The notes: a model not told the origin generated them from the letters alone. 64,000 nt of DNA from Guillardia theta CCMP2712 (GCF_000315625.1 NW_005434651.1:727313-791312), one strand, 5' to 3'; counted from the stretch's first letter, positions 12,938 to 25,833 are shown. Program-made: numbers and translations.

Positions 12938-15900
12938 ATGAGAAGGAAGATGTTTCCGACCCCCCGCAAGGGCTTGTTGTTCCTCTTCCTCCTGAGCCAT
13001 TTCCATCCTGTTCATCTGTTCCTCCACAGCCTCGATGTGACTGGACGGGCAAGCTCATTAATAGGAGGAGGAGGAGGAGGAGGAGGAGGAGGATTCAGGT
13101 GCTCGATGTTCAACGCGCATCGAACAGGCCTGAGACGGGCAGCTTCAGTGAGAATGATCATGCCAGGTCAGCCCTTCCAGGAGGCAGAAGAGGTAGCAGA
13201 GAGGATCTTCAGGAAGCAGGCGAGGGCCTCGCAGAGCAAGGGCACGAGCAGCAAGGGGGAAGGAGAGGAGGAGGAGGAGGAGGAGCTCGCACCGGCGGAG
13301 GGCAAGTACACCTACGACGTTGAGCTTGAGATACCGATCGGGCTGACTCTGAAGGAGGTAGTGGGCTACGGGGTGTACGTGGATGCGGTGAACGAGGGAT
13401 CGGCGAGAGAGGCTGGGGTGCAGCGGGGGGACAGGATCGTGGCTACAGCGGCGACCATGGGCAATCAGATGTGGGAGAAGAACACTATGGAGGGTGTGAT
13501 GGCTTCTGTTCACTCCGTAGGCCTGCTGAGGAAGAAGATCAAGATCAGGTTCGAGAGAGATCCCGTCCTGTCCTCGCTCGTGTGCTTCGACTCGCAGGAC
13601 GCGCGGGACACTAGCAGGGTCGACCTCCCCCGTGCTCTCATCTCGGTGGAGAAGGCGCGGATCCGCATCCAGGAGACGGCGACGGAGACGTTCGAAGTCT
13701 CCCTCCCCCTCCCGGGCAAGGACAAGCGCTTTCTCCGCGACAAGAACCTCTTCGATGGCGAGCTCCCCTATGGGCTCAAGCTCGTTCAGGTGGCAGCGGA
13801 GGACGGGACGACGGCGGTGGAGGTTGCGAGCATCATGCCTGAGGGGACGGCAGCGGCCAGCAGCCTCCTCCGTGTGGGCGACCGCATCGTGGCGACGCAG
13901 TCGAGCGTTGGTAACGGGATGTGGCCCAAGACGACGCTGGAGGGGATCCTGTCGGCAGTGCGGACGAGGATGGACAGCAACATCAGGATCAAGGTGGCGA
14001 GGAAGGTCAACTTGGGGGCCTGGGAACAGTCTTCCATGGATGTGATCAAGGCCAGCCCGACCGACAAGATTCCCTACCTCACGACGAGCGGAGCTGGGGC
14101 GAACCTCCGGGCCGAGGCGAGGACGGGGAGCGAGGCGTCGACCCTGCAGGGCAAGAGGAGCACTTTAGGAACGTCCCTCGCGGTCCTCCCGGATGGGAAA
14201 GGATGGGACGTCGTGCAGAAAATCAGGCAAGTTCACGACCGGCAGGTGGACAAGTGGCCTCCCCACCTCATCCTCCTCCGCCCCTTCGTGCGCGGCGAAG
14301 ACTTCGCCGTCGCGTCCTCGCTCCTCCTGGAGGCGCTGGAGGGAACGGAGCCCTTCGAGCTGAGGATGGAGCTGACAGTGAAGGTCTACCACAACCGCAG
14401 CGCCTCCGTCTGGCTCGTCCCCGTCGGGGAGTCCCGGGACTGTGTGCTGGAGCTGCAGGCACAGGCGGCGGAGATCTTCCCGCAGTGCGTGAGGAGGGGG
14501 TCGAAGCTGTTCGACTACACCCCCCACCTGACCCTCGGGCAGTTCCCCAGCGAGTCAGCAGCTCGGGTGTTCGTGGCCCTCGTGCAGGACAGCTTTGCTA
14601 ACTTCTCCTTCAGCGTCTCCCACCTCTTCCTCCTCTCCCGCCAGGACAGGTCCTCTGCTGGGGTCGACCAGCTCAGGATCAAGCTGGGCAGGCGGGGGTT
14701 GATGGGGACGCCGGTGTCGGTGGCGGCGTCGGAGTACGGCGTTCTCCGCCGAGCTGGGGCAGAGCTGAACTCGTCGACGATGAGGAGCGTGCTGCTGGAG
14801 AGGAGCTCGTTCGACCTGCTGGCGTACGGCAAGCAGGGGAACCTGAGCGCGATCGAGAGCATCGTGAAGGAGCTCAAAGAGAACGAGGTCGAGATCGACT
14901 CGAAGCTGCTCAACATCATCATGGGCTCCTACATCCTTTGCGACCGCCCAGCCTCCGCCGTGGAGGCTTTCAGCTACTTCTCCAGCAGCCAGCACCCCCC
15001 GTCCCTCCGTCCCTCCGTCCACTGCTACGGCACGCTGATCAAGGCCTACGGGCAGCTCGGGCAGCTGGAGGCGGCGTTCGAGACGCTCAACGGTATGGTG
15101 AAGGGTGGGCCCGCCCCCTCGATCCGCGTCATCAACGCCCTTCTGCAGGCGTGCGTGCGAGCTGGGAACCTGACGGCAGCTCAGACGCTCTTCTCGTCGC
15201 TGCGGGGGGTGCGGGGGGAAGGATTCGCTAACTTCCTGACGCCGGCGACGGAGGCCGGGCTGTGCATCTCGCTGCAGCCGACGGGAGTCTCTTTCAATAT
15301 CATGGTGAACGCGTACGCGAGGAGGAGGAAGGTGGAAAAGGCCTTCAAGATGCTGCTGGAGATGCGCCGAGCTGGCTGCAAGCCCGACCAGATCACGTAC
15401 ACGACCCTTGTCAAGGCGTGTGTGGCTGCTGGGCAGTTTGACAGGGCGGAGAGGCTGCTGGGGGAGATGGAAGAGCTGGGGATCCCGCCCAACGCCTACT
15501 CGTACAACTGCATCCTGTACGGGCTGGCGCAGAAGTTGCAGTGGGGGAAGGCGACGAGGCTCCTGCAGAGGATGGAGGAGGACGGGGTGGAGGCGAACCT
15601 CTTGTCCTACTCCTACTGCATTCTGGCGTGCGTGAGGGCGAGGCGAATGAAGGAGGCGAGCGCGCTGTTCGAGGAGATGCGCAGGAAGGGGATCGTTCCG
15701 AACCTGTTCGTGATGAACACGATGATGTCAGGGTACGCGGCCAAGGGGATGGTGGACGAGGCGCAGGGGATCATGAAGCTGCTGCAGGACATGAGGATCA
15801 AGGCTAACGCCATGACCTTCTCCTCGCTGATCGAGGCCTTCATCAACGCCGGGTACGCGGACAAGGCGGTGGAAGTGAAGAGGAAGATGGAAGAGCTCGG

Positions 15901-16780
15901 GGTGGAGGTCGACATGGTGGTCAGCACGCAGATGCTCAAGGCGTACACGAGCATGGGGAAGGTGGAGGAGGCGATCGAGAAGCTGGAGGAGATCGTGAAA
16001 GAGGCGTCTTCCCCTGTGTCCTCCAGGACCTTCGACTCGGTCCTTTTCCAGTGCTCCAAGAGGGGCAGCAAGGAGGAGGCGCTGAGGGTACTGGGCCTAA
16101 TGCTCAGGAGCAGGGTAACACCGAGCAGGACGACCTGCCAGCTGCTTTCGCGCATGGAGAAGCTACAGGGGTCGATCCTCACCCAGTACCTCCTCGACGT
16201 CATCAGCCTCCTCCGATCCCACAGCGTCCGCCCCCCCGGCCCACTCTACCTGGCCGTCCTCCGAGCCTCCCTTGATGCCGGGGAGACGGAGCTTGCGACG
16301 ATGGTAGTGGAGGAGAGGATCCTGGGGAAGTTTTCCGTGTCGAAGCAGGATGAGGAGGAAGCGGAGAAGCTCGAGATGAGGATGATGAACCTGCTGCAGG
16401 TGGGCCCCCGCGTTGCTCCTCTCCCTTCCACCTCCCCTCCTCTCCCTCTCCCTCCTCTTTCTCTGTCTCTATCGCTTTCTCCTCCTCTCTTTCCTTCCTC
16501 TCCCTCCCCCGTCCATACTTTTCTCTGAGCTCGAGTACAGGCTTCCAAGGGAAACTGGTACGATCGCCCGGGCGTCGGGAAGAGGATGGGGCGGCTGGGA
16601 AGCTACTTCAGCGGCAAGATGGAGGGGCAGTGGGGAGGAAGAACGAGTTCTTTGTCCTCATCCCCCGCGAGGAGCAGGGGGTATGAGGAGGAGTGGGAGT
16701 ACTTCAACGATCAAGCTTACTCGCGGGGAGGGACGGGGGTAGGAGCAGAGAGTTCAGGGACTTACGATGATTGGATGTGA
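12938..16780 (+). CDS. Pentatricopeptide-repeat protein with two PDZ-like domains and a 2H phosphoesterase (2'-5' RNA ligase-like) domain; probable organelle presequence
   Basis: 35-aa PPR units (PSVHCYGTLIKAYGQLGQLEAAFETLNGM, PDQITYTTLVKACVAAGQFDRAERLLGEM, PNAYSYNCILYGLAQ). Two GDRIVAT..G..MW repeats. 2H motifs WPPHLILL and YTPHLTLGQF. Last intron ~16399-16540 joins the in-frame exon ending YDDWM*. Confidence 0.88.
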
Positions 16781-17239
16781 AGGAAGTTGAACTGAAACAC
16801 TCCCTGCTGCCCCCTGCTGCTCTCACCTTCCCCCTCCCCTTCCACTCAAACACTCGTTGCCGTCCATCCATGTTTCATGCTGCTGCTGTCTCTACCCTCT
16901 CCTCCTGGTTCGCACAACTGAGTCTGCTGATTTCGCCGTCCTGCCTCTCCTTGCTTTCTCCTTCATGTCCTCCCTCCTACCTGCCTCGCTCTCCCCTCTC
17001 CCCCCTCTTGTTCCCCTCCCTCTCCCTCCTCTCTCATACTCCTCCCCCACCCCATCTCACCATACCTGCTCTCTCCTGCTCCTCCTTGACCTTTCCAACG
17101 CTGATCCTCATAGAAGCATGTGGTTTATTCACTCCAATCAAGTGCAAGTAGCAGGACTGACCTCTCCCTTCCCCTCCTCTCCTTCCTCCTGCCCCCTTCC
17201 CTTGTTCCTCTCCTCCTCTCCTCCTCTCGCAGGATCTTT

Positions 17240-19236
17240 CTAGTTGATGCCGTTTTGAGGGTCCATGGAAACTCCGAGGAAGGTGAGGAAGGTGAGGGCA
17301 CCTGTAAACCATGATAAGGAGGCCCAAGAGGAAACGAGCAGAAGGAGAGACGAAAAGGAGAGGAGGGAGGAGGGAGGAGGGAGGAGGGAGGAGGGAGAAA
17401 GAGAGGAGAGAGGAGAACGAGAGGAGGGAGGAGAGAGGAGGGAGAAAGAGAGGAGAGAGGAGGGAGGGAAGAGGCAGGGAGAGGGAGAGGGAGGAGGACG
17501 AAGTTTCTCAGTAAGTAACTCACCGCCGAGCACAGCAGCAGCAACCAGCGCCTTGACCTTGTCGGTGTTCGAGGGGATGTCAATGATGGTCTGCGAGAGT
17601 ACAGTCTTCTTTCCGCTCACATCCTCCTCCTACACATCATGTCAGAACGCCCCGCCCAGTACAGCTCCTCTCTGCTCCCTGCTCCTTCCTCCCCTCTCCC
17701 TGCTCCCTCTACTCTGCTCCCTGTCTCGCTCCTCTCATACCGTTCTCTCCCCTCCTTCTCTCTTCCTACCTGCACTCTGTACACCCACACCCCGGGGCTA
17801 GAAGCACCATCCACGTAGCTGTACTTGCCGTTGAGCTGAAAGCAGCGTCAGCCCAGGCGGGTTCCCTCCTCCTTCACCTGTCCAGCAGCAAGGTTCGCTC
17901 CAGGAGTGAGGTAGTCCGCAACCAGCTGGTACGCGTCGTCGGCAGATCCTCCCGGTCTCTTGGTGATGACGTAGCCCTTGCTGTTCGCCTCCTCTCCCAC
18001 AGTGAACGTGAGCTTGACCTCGTCTCCAAGCAGGGCAGCCTGGAATCCTCCTCCTCCTGCTCCTCCCAGCTCCTGACCTCTCGCTGTGAAGTCGAACTCC
18101 CTGTCCTCCTTGGAACGCTTGTCCACTCCTGCATGCAGGTATCAGGGCCCAAGTTAGAATCTCCGAAGCGCGATGTTGTTCAGGTGGCAGGCCAAAGATC
18201 AGATACGGTTGATGCAAAGGTTATCATAACTATCATCAACATAACATCATCATGTCATGATAATCAGATTCATAAGCATCATCATCAGCATTCTTGTCTG
18301 TTCTCTTCCTCCTCCTCCTCCTCCTCCTCCTCCTCCTCCTCCTCCACATTCGTCATCATCATCACTCACGCTTCTTCGACGGCCCCTCATTGACCTTTCC
18401 GACCATCCATGGCGCATATGGCTTGCCGCCAGGTCCGTAGAGCGACGCTGGGTTGACTGAGGAGATCTTCAAGAAGTCGTCCTCGAGTCCAAGACGCTGA
18501 ACGTCCTCGTAGTAACCTGCAAAGCCCCGTCACTGGCTTCCTGGCAATCAGAGCAAATTCTCAAATTCCACTGCCACTAATACATTCCTTCTCAGTCCTT
18601 TCAATCCTCCATCTCCTCCCCCGTCCTCCTTCTCAGTTCTCCCAGCATCAACCTTCTCATCATCGTACTCACCAGGATACGGCTCTTCGGCTGGCTTGGT
18701 GCCAATCTGACGGGCGAGTTTGCGGATCTCGTCGTCCGCGATGTCCTGCAACTTCTGCTTGACCTCGTCGACGCTGTTGGCTGGGATGACAGAGTTGGGA
18801 GGAAGGCTCAGCTTCTCACACTCCTCCTCAGTCAGCTGCATCTCTCCATCTGGCGTCATAGTCGCCATCCTCAGACGCATGGCCTTGCCTGGTGGGGCAC
18901 AGGCAAGGTCAGTATACTCCAACAACGCGCTCAAATCTGCTTCTACACGAGGATCCCTCCTCCCCCCACTCGCTCTCACTCTCCAACACCATCTCCTCCT
19001 CCCCATGTGAAGATCCCACCACCATCTGCTAGCCCCAACTCCTCACATAGACTACAGTACGCACCTCGGACTGGAGCTAGGGAGATACCGGCATGTCCTG
19101 GGCCTCTCAAGCTCCGGGCAGAGAGGGCAGAGGAAGTCGGAGCGGCAGGAGCAAGGGAGGAAGGAGTGCTTGGAAGGAGGAATCCAGCCGCTGGTGCCGC
19201 GCATAGCGCAGTGATCGCCGCAGCCGCTCTGAGCAT
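17240..19236 (-). CDS. Plastid-targeted protein with fibronectin-III-like domain and C-terminal transmembrane segment
   Basis: Bipartite presequence MLRAAAAITALCAAPAAG-FLLPSTPSS (signal peptide, +1 Phe, Ser/Ala/Arg-rich transit peptide). Beta-rich segment EVKLTFTVGEEANSKGYVITKR..YSYVD..PGVWVYRV. Hydrophobic end ALVAAAVLG|GALTFLTFLGVSMDPQNGIN*. Confidence 0.75.
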
Positions 19237-19736
19237 TTTTAGACGTCTCTACCCTTAGATGTGACGACCCTTATTACTGTTGTAAACGAGGTTTAAAAGT
19301 CCCTAAAAGTACTTATAACTAAATTATAAGAATACTGAGGACAGGTGTACCAGGAGTTTGGGATGCATAAACGAGCTTCAGCTATAATGAGTTATAAATA
19401 ATGTTAAAATCCCATGTTTGTACCATAAAAATATATTTTGACACAGTCCCGGATCCTCAGTACATATTGACCGCCGTAACTTGGATGACTCCTAGCTTAT
19501 AGTTGTAAATTATGTACCAAATATTTTAAACTTTGTAGGAAGACATGTAACAAATCAGGAATATGTACCTAAAAGAAGGCTTCTAAAAACTAATTTACAG
19601 GGGGGTCTTTACAACAATGTATAATTGTTCCTTTTACGGAACATCGATCGAACGCCGGGACTTTGACCGGGCCCGGAGGCACTCCGAGTTTCCGTTACAT
19701 TTGAAAGTATCTGTAACGGCAGGTCGAATTTTCATC

Positions 19737-21189
19737 ATGGCCGAAGAAGCGAAAGCAGTAGGATGGGGCATCCTGGGGACGGCAGACATTGCCAGGAAGC
19801 TTGTGCGAGCTATCTCCAGAGCCGGAGGCTCCAGACTAGTGGCCGTAGGGAGCAGGACGCTGGAGAGGGTAGAGTCATGGTGCGAACAGAACCAGATCCC
19901 CAGTGAGGTAGCAAGGTACGGAAACTACGAGGAGGTCCTGAGGGATGGGAAGGTGGATGTTGTGTACATTCCACTCCCAACATCCATGCACAAAGAATGG
20001 GTACAGAAAGCAGCAGATGCCGGCAAGCATATCCTCTGTGAGAAGCCGGTAAGTGTGAAGTTCGAACGATGTGTGGACCCCGTGATGCCGTGTTCAGGTT
20101 GGGATGAATGCTCAAGAAGTAGAAGAAATGATCGCCTGTTGTGAACACAACAACGTACAATTCATGGACGGGGTAGAAGCATGCACTTGATGGAATGGAC
20201 CACGTGTGTTCACTTGCTCCGTGCAGGTGATGTGGATGCATCACGTCCGGGTCCCAGTGCTGAGGAAGGCGGTGGACAACCAGGACATGGTGAGGCAGTG
20301 CCGATCTATCTCTGCATGCTCTGACGCGAGCAGATGGGCGAGGTCGTTCGGATCGTGACATCCTTCACGTTCTTCGGGGGAGAGGAGTTCGACCGGACTA
20401 ACATCCGCATGAAGAGCAACCTGGACGGGCTGGGATGCGTAGGTGACAAGGATTCCTGCGCGTGCTGATCGCTCGAGGTGACGAGGCGCGCAGGTGACTT
20501 AGGATGGTACAACGTGAGAGCCATCGTCTGGGCCTTCCAAAAGGAGCCCAATGAAGTCTGAGATTCACATTGGAGGCGAAGTGTCCTTACAGGACTACCA
20601 GGTGTATGCGGTAGCTCACAAGAGGAACTCAGAGGGAGTCATCAAGAGCTTGAACGCTACTCTCTTCTACGATGACGGGAGGTTTGCTTCCCTGGACTGC
20701 GGCTTCGACACCAACTGCCGCCAGACACTGGAGATCGCCGGTAGCTGTCGGCTCCTTTGAGGCCTCTGCCTGCCACTGAGATGGTTCAACCACCAGGAAC
20801 GAAGAGTTCGATCCGTCTGGATGATTTCGTCCTCAACGCTAGTGAGGAATCCTCCTCTTTCATCGTCAACACATCGGTATAGCTGCTCTGTGGTGCATCA
20901 AAACTTCGAATCACCTTCCAGCAGGCATTTAAAGATAGCGGCATGATCGTCGAGCAGACGTCATCAAAGCATGAGGCCGGAGGTTGTTGTCAGGAAGTTC
21001 GCATGGTGGAGTGCATGAGCAAGATCGTGAGGAGTACGTGTTTGCGCTGTTTCACATGCCTACATCTGACATGCATATCCAGCAAGGCAACTCGAAGACT
21101 ACTGGCCGAAGATCGCTCTCCAGACCCAGCGAACGATTGATGCGATCATGAAGTCTGCTGAGAGCGGGCAGCCAGTCAAGCTCAAATGA
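19737..21189 (+). CDS. Gfo/Idh/MocA family NAD(P)-dependent oxidoreductase (multi-exon)
   Basis: WGILGTADIARK Rossmann motif, VDVVYIPLPTSMHKEW, GKHILCEKP, NIRMKSNLDGLGC..GDLGWY. Confidence 0.93.
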
Positions 21190-21280
21190 TTCTTCTAGTT
21201 GGTTATTCATCACTGCTCGGTGTCGGCTCGATGGCTAGAAGCTGGCCCCCAGGTGACCAAAAATGTTGCAACCACCCATG

Positions 21281-21664
21281 TTAAGAAGTTGAAGAGTCCT
21301 TCCTCATCTTGGCTAGATTTGGATCCTCTCTCCAGCAGCCATTCTCCCACCTCCATGTTGACATCAAAGAGCATTCGACCTGGGCCGCGGTCTTGAAGTA
21401 CTCGAACGAGACGTCAGTCCTTGGCACTTTGATGGGCCGGAGTCCGATGCTCAGCAAGGAAGACTCGAAATATTCCTTGTTGTTGAGGACCTTGTCTCGA
21501 TTCACCACCCCTGTCGCTGGGTATTTCATGCCGCAAGTGTCGATCTCGTCGAAGATCCTCTTCAGTTTGATCTCCCTTGAGACGCTCAGCTTCCGACAAG
21601 CTTTCACCATCCCCCCGTCCTCATCCCCTTGCACGGGGACTGCACTAGAGATATTGCAACCCAT
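21281..21664 (-). CDS. Small hypothetical protein with MGC N-terminal acylation motif and EF-hand-like segment
   Basis: Starts MGCNISS (Gly2, Cys3, Ser6). LKRIFDEIDTCG resembles an EF-hand entry helix. The 3' end may be spliced. Confidence 0.55.
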   Translation of the reverse strand: MGCNISSAVPVQGDEDGGMVKACRKLSVSREIKLKRIFDEIDTCGMKYPATGVVNRDKVLNNKEYFESSLLSIGLRPIKVPRTDVSFEYFKTAAQVECSLMSTWRWENGCWREDPNLAKMRKDSSTS

Positions 21665-22671
21665 TCTCGTAGGGTCAAAACACCATGGAACCGTATCCCA
21701 GCAGAACGACAAAAGGCGTAGAGATACCAGGCGCAGGACGACAAGTCGGAAGAGTTCAAGAGTTTGAGGTTAGGAAAGAAGATGCGAGGAGGATGTTGAA
21801 GGAGGTACCAACAGAACAAGGCACAGATCAGCTAGAGAGGACCAGGAGACGAGGGAGGGGGGGGGGGGCTTGAAGTAGAAGGCAGGGCCGGATGAAAGAA
21901 CAGGAGCAAGGAGCGACGATTTTAATAATAACAGGAATAACCACCCCCTGTCATCTAGGGTTCATACCCTACCCCCTTTCTCGTCACTTCAAGGTTATTT
22001 CCTACCCACCCTTTGTTGCTTTTCTCGTACCCACCCCCTGATCTCCATTTTCAGACATGTCATGGCTACCCCCTTCGGGTCGTCGGAAGTACCCCTCCAC
22101 AACACGGAAAAGTAGGGGTACTACTCCAACCAACGGTGGCTTCTACCAAAACAAAAAGAATGCGTAAAAGGTTAAAAAAAAAATTGAACAAAATTGAGAG
22201 GCAAATGGACGAAAAATGAAATATTACTAGTAAACTTGAATATCTCATCGATATTTTTCATAGATTCTAGTCAAAGAGTTCAATGTAAGACTGCTCATCC
22301 ACATGAAAATGAGGCGGCGGGGCGTATCGAAAGGGGGTAGCCTACCATGGTTGTGAGGGATAGTTGTTGACGCGCATGGCGACAAGAGAACGGAGGGAGA
22401 AGTTGCGATGACGCGAACATGAAGAGGGAATGAAGAATGATGGTGTGGAAGAGGAAGATAGGAAGAAGAAAGAAGTGAAGAGAGGAACTCAGAAGAGAAG
22501 GGACGATGGTCAGCGATTTGAAACATTCTCTTTCAGCAATCTCAACGGGAACACAATCAATTTCCTTGAGGGACCATTGTTCAACCAGACTTCAGGAAGC
22601 TCTTCGGCAAGGGGGTTGGAATCCCAAGTCTGCTCCTCCTGCTAGGCGCGGCTACATCGGTACAAGGCGCA

Positions 22672-24697
22672 ATGGAGAATGGATATCACGGATTCTCCCT
22701 CAGGTGGCTTCCTCCTTGTTGTGTTTGCCAAATGTCATCTTTGCACACACAAGGAATCCAGAAACACGAGGCAAAAAAGCAAGGAAGGTGAGGAAACTGG
22801 TGGATACAGCGAGCGTCATTGTGATGATAAAGCATGACAGCTTCAAGTAATCCCTGAGGTGGAGATTGAAAAGACATCACCCCAAGACTTCTTTGAGAAG
22901 TGCTTTCACCCATGAGTTTTGCAGATTTTGACATGTCTTCGGCAGCTACATCAAAGCACGCAAGCCTTGCATTTTGCTAGGGAAGCTGCGAGGATCCAAG
23001 TTCGAAGCATGGGACGACGGTTACCTGTACCAGCTTGCTCCTGCTTTCAGTCGGAGACTAAACATCAGTGCAGCGATAAGATCGCAGGCACCTGCTCTGT
23101 CGACGTCGAATACCGTGAAAGCAATGATTCTGGATACGGAAGGTGAGGAGGGCGAGGGCGGGATGAGGGAGTGCTGGGTTTGATAATTGCTTCAGAGGAA
23201 ACAAGAGGACCATGCTGTTCTCAGAGTTCCTGAAGCGATTTGCATCTGGCGACGACACTCTCTACCTCACGACACAACAGGTTGGGTTGATGCTTGCGAC
23301 ATCGCAGCTGACAGATTTGCTTCCCAGGTTGAGGTGGACGAGGAGGGGAGGCCAGATGTGATGACTGAACCTGTCACATTGGTGAGATGTTGTGAGCTTG
23401 CAACTCTTCAGTGCAGCCTCCTCCTCCATCACTTCTCCTTTCCTTACCCCTTCCCCACCCACCCGCTCCTCCATGTTCTCTTGCGGATTTCTTTGCCTCC
23501 TCCCACTTTTCTGGAGGATGAAGAGAAATTCATCCTCCTTGCTCGACCCCTGCCTTATTTCCCCCATCTTGAACTCACGCTGGTCTTCAGCTGAAGAACG
23601 ATTTTCCCCTGAGGTAAGGTACCATCCATGTGCACTTCGATGGTGCAAACGGTGCCAGGCCGGACATTATGGGCAACCTGGTCCCATGTAGCTACAACCT
23701 TTGGATGGGAAACAATGCAGACAAATCTTCCTCTGGCCTGCATCATGGTAGAGATGATGGTGTCAGGTTGCGTGCCTGATGCAGAACTCCCTTCAGATTA
23801 CCATGACAACTTGTACGTCCTGCTGAGAGGTAAGAGAGGAGGATGTAGCAGCGATGACGACGAAACGATATGATCACAACGATGAAGGCATGAAAGTAGC
23901 AGCAAGAGGGGCAGGGGCAGGGGCAGGAGCTCTTGATCACAATCAATATGATTTTGTAGTCAAAGACTCTGAGATCTTCATTTCAGGAAAGAAGAAATTT
24001 TCCCTCTTCTCTCCGGATGAAGCTGTACATGCTTGTTCTCCCCATCGCCATCTTCGTCTCCCCTATCCCCTCTCCAACTTTGCCATCCTTTTCACCTCTC
24101 CTCTCTCACTTTTTCCTCCTCAACCAGGATCGCATGTACACTCATGGGACGATCGCCTGCATTCACCCCAACGGGAGGATTTGCTATCAAGGGCAGATTA
24201 CAAGGGCCGACGGCTCGCCTCTCAACGTGCGTTTCTTCCTGCTCCTCCTCCGTCCTCTCACTCCACGGGTAGGCACCCAAGGTCGCAGAAGCCGAAGAGA
24301 TGCAGGTGACAGTCGTGCCGATGGAGTACTCCTTGAACGGGGGGCGCAGAGGAAGGCTGAGACTGAGATGGAGGAGGCCGAGGCGGCTCTTGCTCGAGGT
24401 AAGACTTCAGTGTCTGCGCGGGGGAGAGAGGGAGGAGGATGATGGGGGAGAGCGAGAAATTTCATGCGCAGCAAGCGCGCGCTGAAACTTGTCGTGCTGG
24501 GCGGTACAGGCGAGAGCGGAGCGAAGAAGCGCCTGAAGCTTGCGAACAAGGAAGCACATCCGCATTGTTTCCGCTGCCGTCTGACTCTCCTTCAGGCCCT
24601 TGATGCTGCACTGGACGCCATGCTGACGGCGAAGGCCTCTGACCTGTCGGACGGTAGGGTGAAGAGCGTCTTTGAAGGATGTCACATGAATTGAACA

Positions 24698-24732
<35 letters not shown>

Positions 24733-25833
24733 AGAAGATGAGGAGGGAGGCCTGTTTGGTGAGGCCAAGTCCTCAGATGATGACGATGAAGGTAGGACAG
24801 GAGGATGCATGTATCTGGTTCATAGGACCAACATTTCACCGCAGAGGAGGAGGAGGAAGGAGAGAAGGAGGAAGCTCCAGCTCCAGCTCTCGTCACAGTA
24901 AAGGGGAGCAATGTTTCCAAAGGGAAGGCCAAGAAGGCGGAGCAAGAAAAGGAGCAAGAAAAAGAGGAGCAGCGGCAGGAGGAGGAGGAGGAGGAGGAGG
25001 AGGAGGAGGAGGAGGAGGAGGAGGAGGAGGAGGAGGAGGAGGGCGGCGCTTCGTCCAAGAGGGAGAAAGTTGACGTGGAGGAGCCGCTCAGTTTCTCTGC
25101 CGTCAACTCGAAGATGAGCAAAGAGCATGTGAAAGAGAAGTCAGTGAACCTCCTACCCCTGCTGCTCCCTATCTATCCTCACGCTCTCTCCTCTCTCATC
25201 TCTCATCTCTCCTCTCCCCTCTCTTTTTGCTCAATTTCTTGTCCTCCACACCCCCTCTCCTTCTCTCTCAAGCCTCGTCTGCTCGAGTAATTTTTGTCTT
25301 CGCCGCAGTTTTCCGCTTTTTCTCGATGCTCATCATGAGAACTGCGAGCTCGACGCCTCGGACGGTTCGATCAAGATGCTCTTTCTACCCGCCGGTTGGT
25401 TCCATGAAGTTTTCAGGTGCCAAATCGCTTCCACCTTCGCCTCCTCTCCTCCCTCCCGAATCTTTTCCGCCTTATGATTCCGCTCGTCAACCCTTGACCT
25501 CCGCTGCTCATGAATGCTTCCCTCAAATATTTCCTCCCCCTCCATCCTCTTTCCTCCTCATTTCACCTCCCTGCACCCTTCTCCTCACTCCTTCCCTCCC
25601 ACAGCTACGGCATGGACAAGGGGCACGTTGCCTTCAACTTTTGGTTCCATCCTCCCGATGGAGGTAAATGCATGCACAGACGCTAACTTGTGGTGACTGT
25701 TGTGTCAGATTCCTACGAGAATCCGTACACATGCAAGGTGATGGAACTGTTGAAACTCCAATGTCGAACATCACTGACACCGCTCCAGTACTGGCAGTAC
25801 GACTGGGAGCGGAGATTTCCGGCACAGCATTAA
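22672..25833 (+). CDS. JmjC/cupin-like 2-oxoglutarate Fe(II) hydroxylase (many exons)
   Basis: Spliced peptides SPQDFFE|YIKARKPCIL (JmjN-like), LYLTTQ, LWMGNNADKSSSGLHHD|YHDNLYVLLR|GKKKFSLFSP (HxD motif), MLFLPAGWFHEV (distal His) and HVAFNFWFHPPDG. Start codon uncertain. Confidence 0.88.

Noticed and set aside
22861-22900. Apparent frameshift in the JmjC gene
   Set aside because: On recounting, the C-run gives an in-frame SPQDFFE, so there is no lesion.
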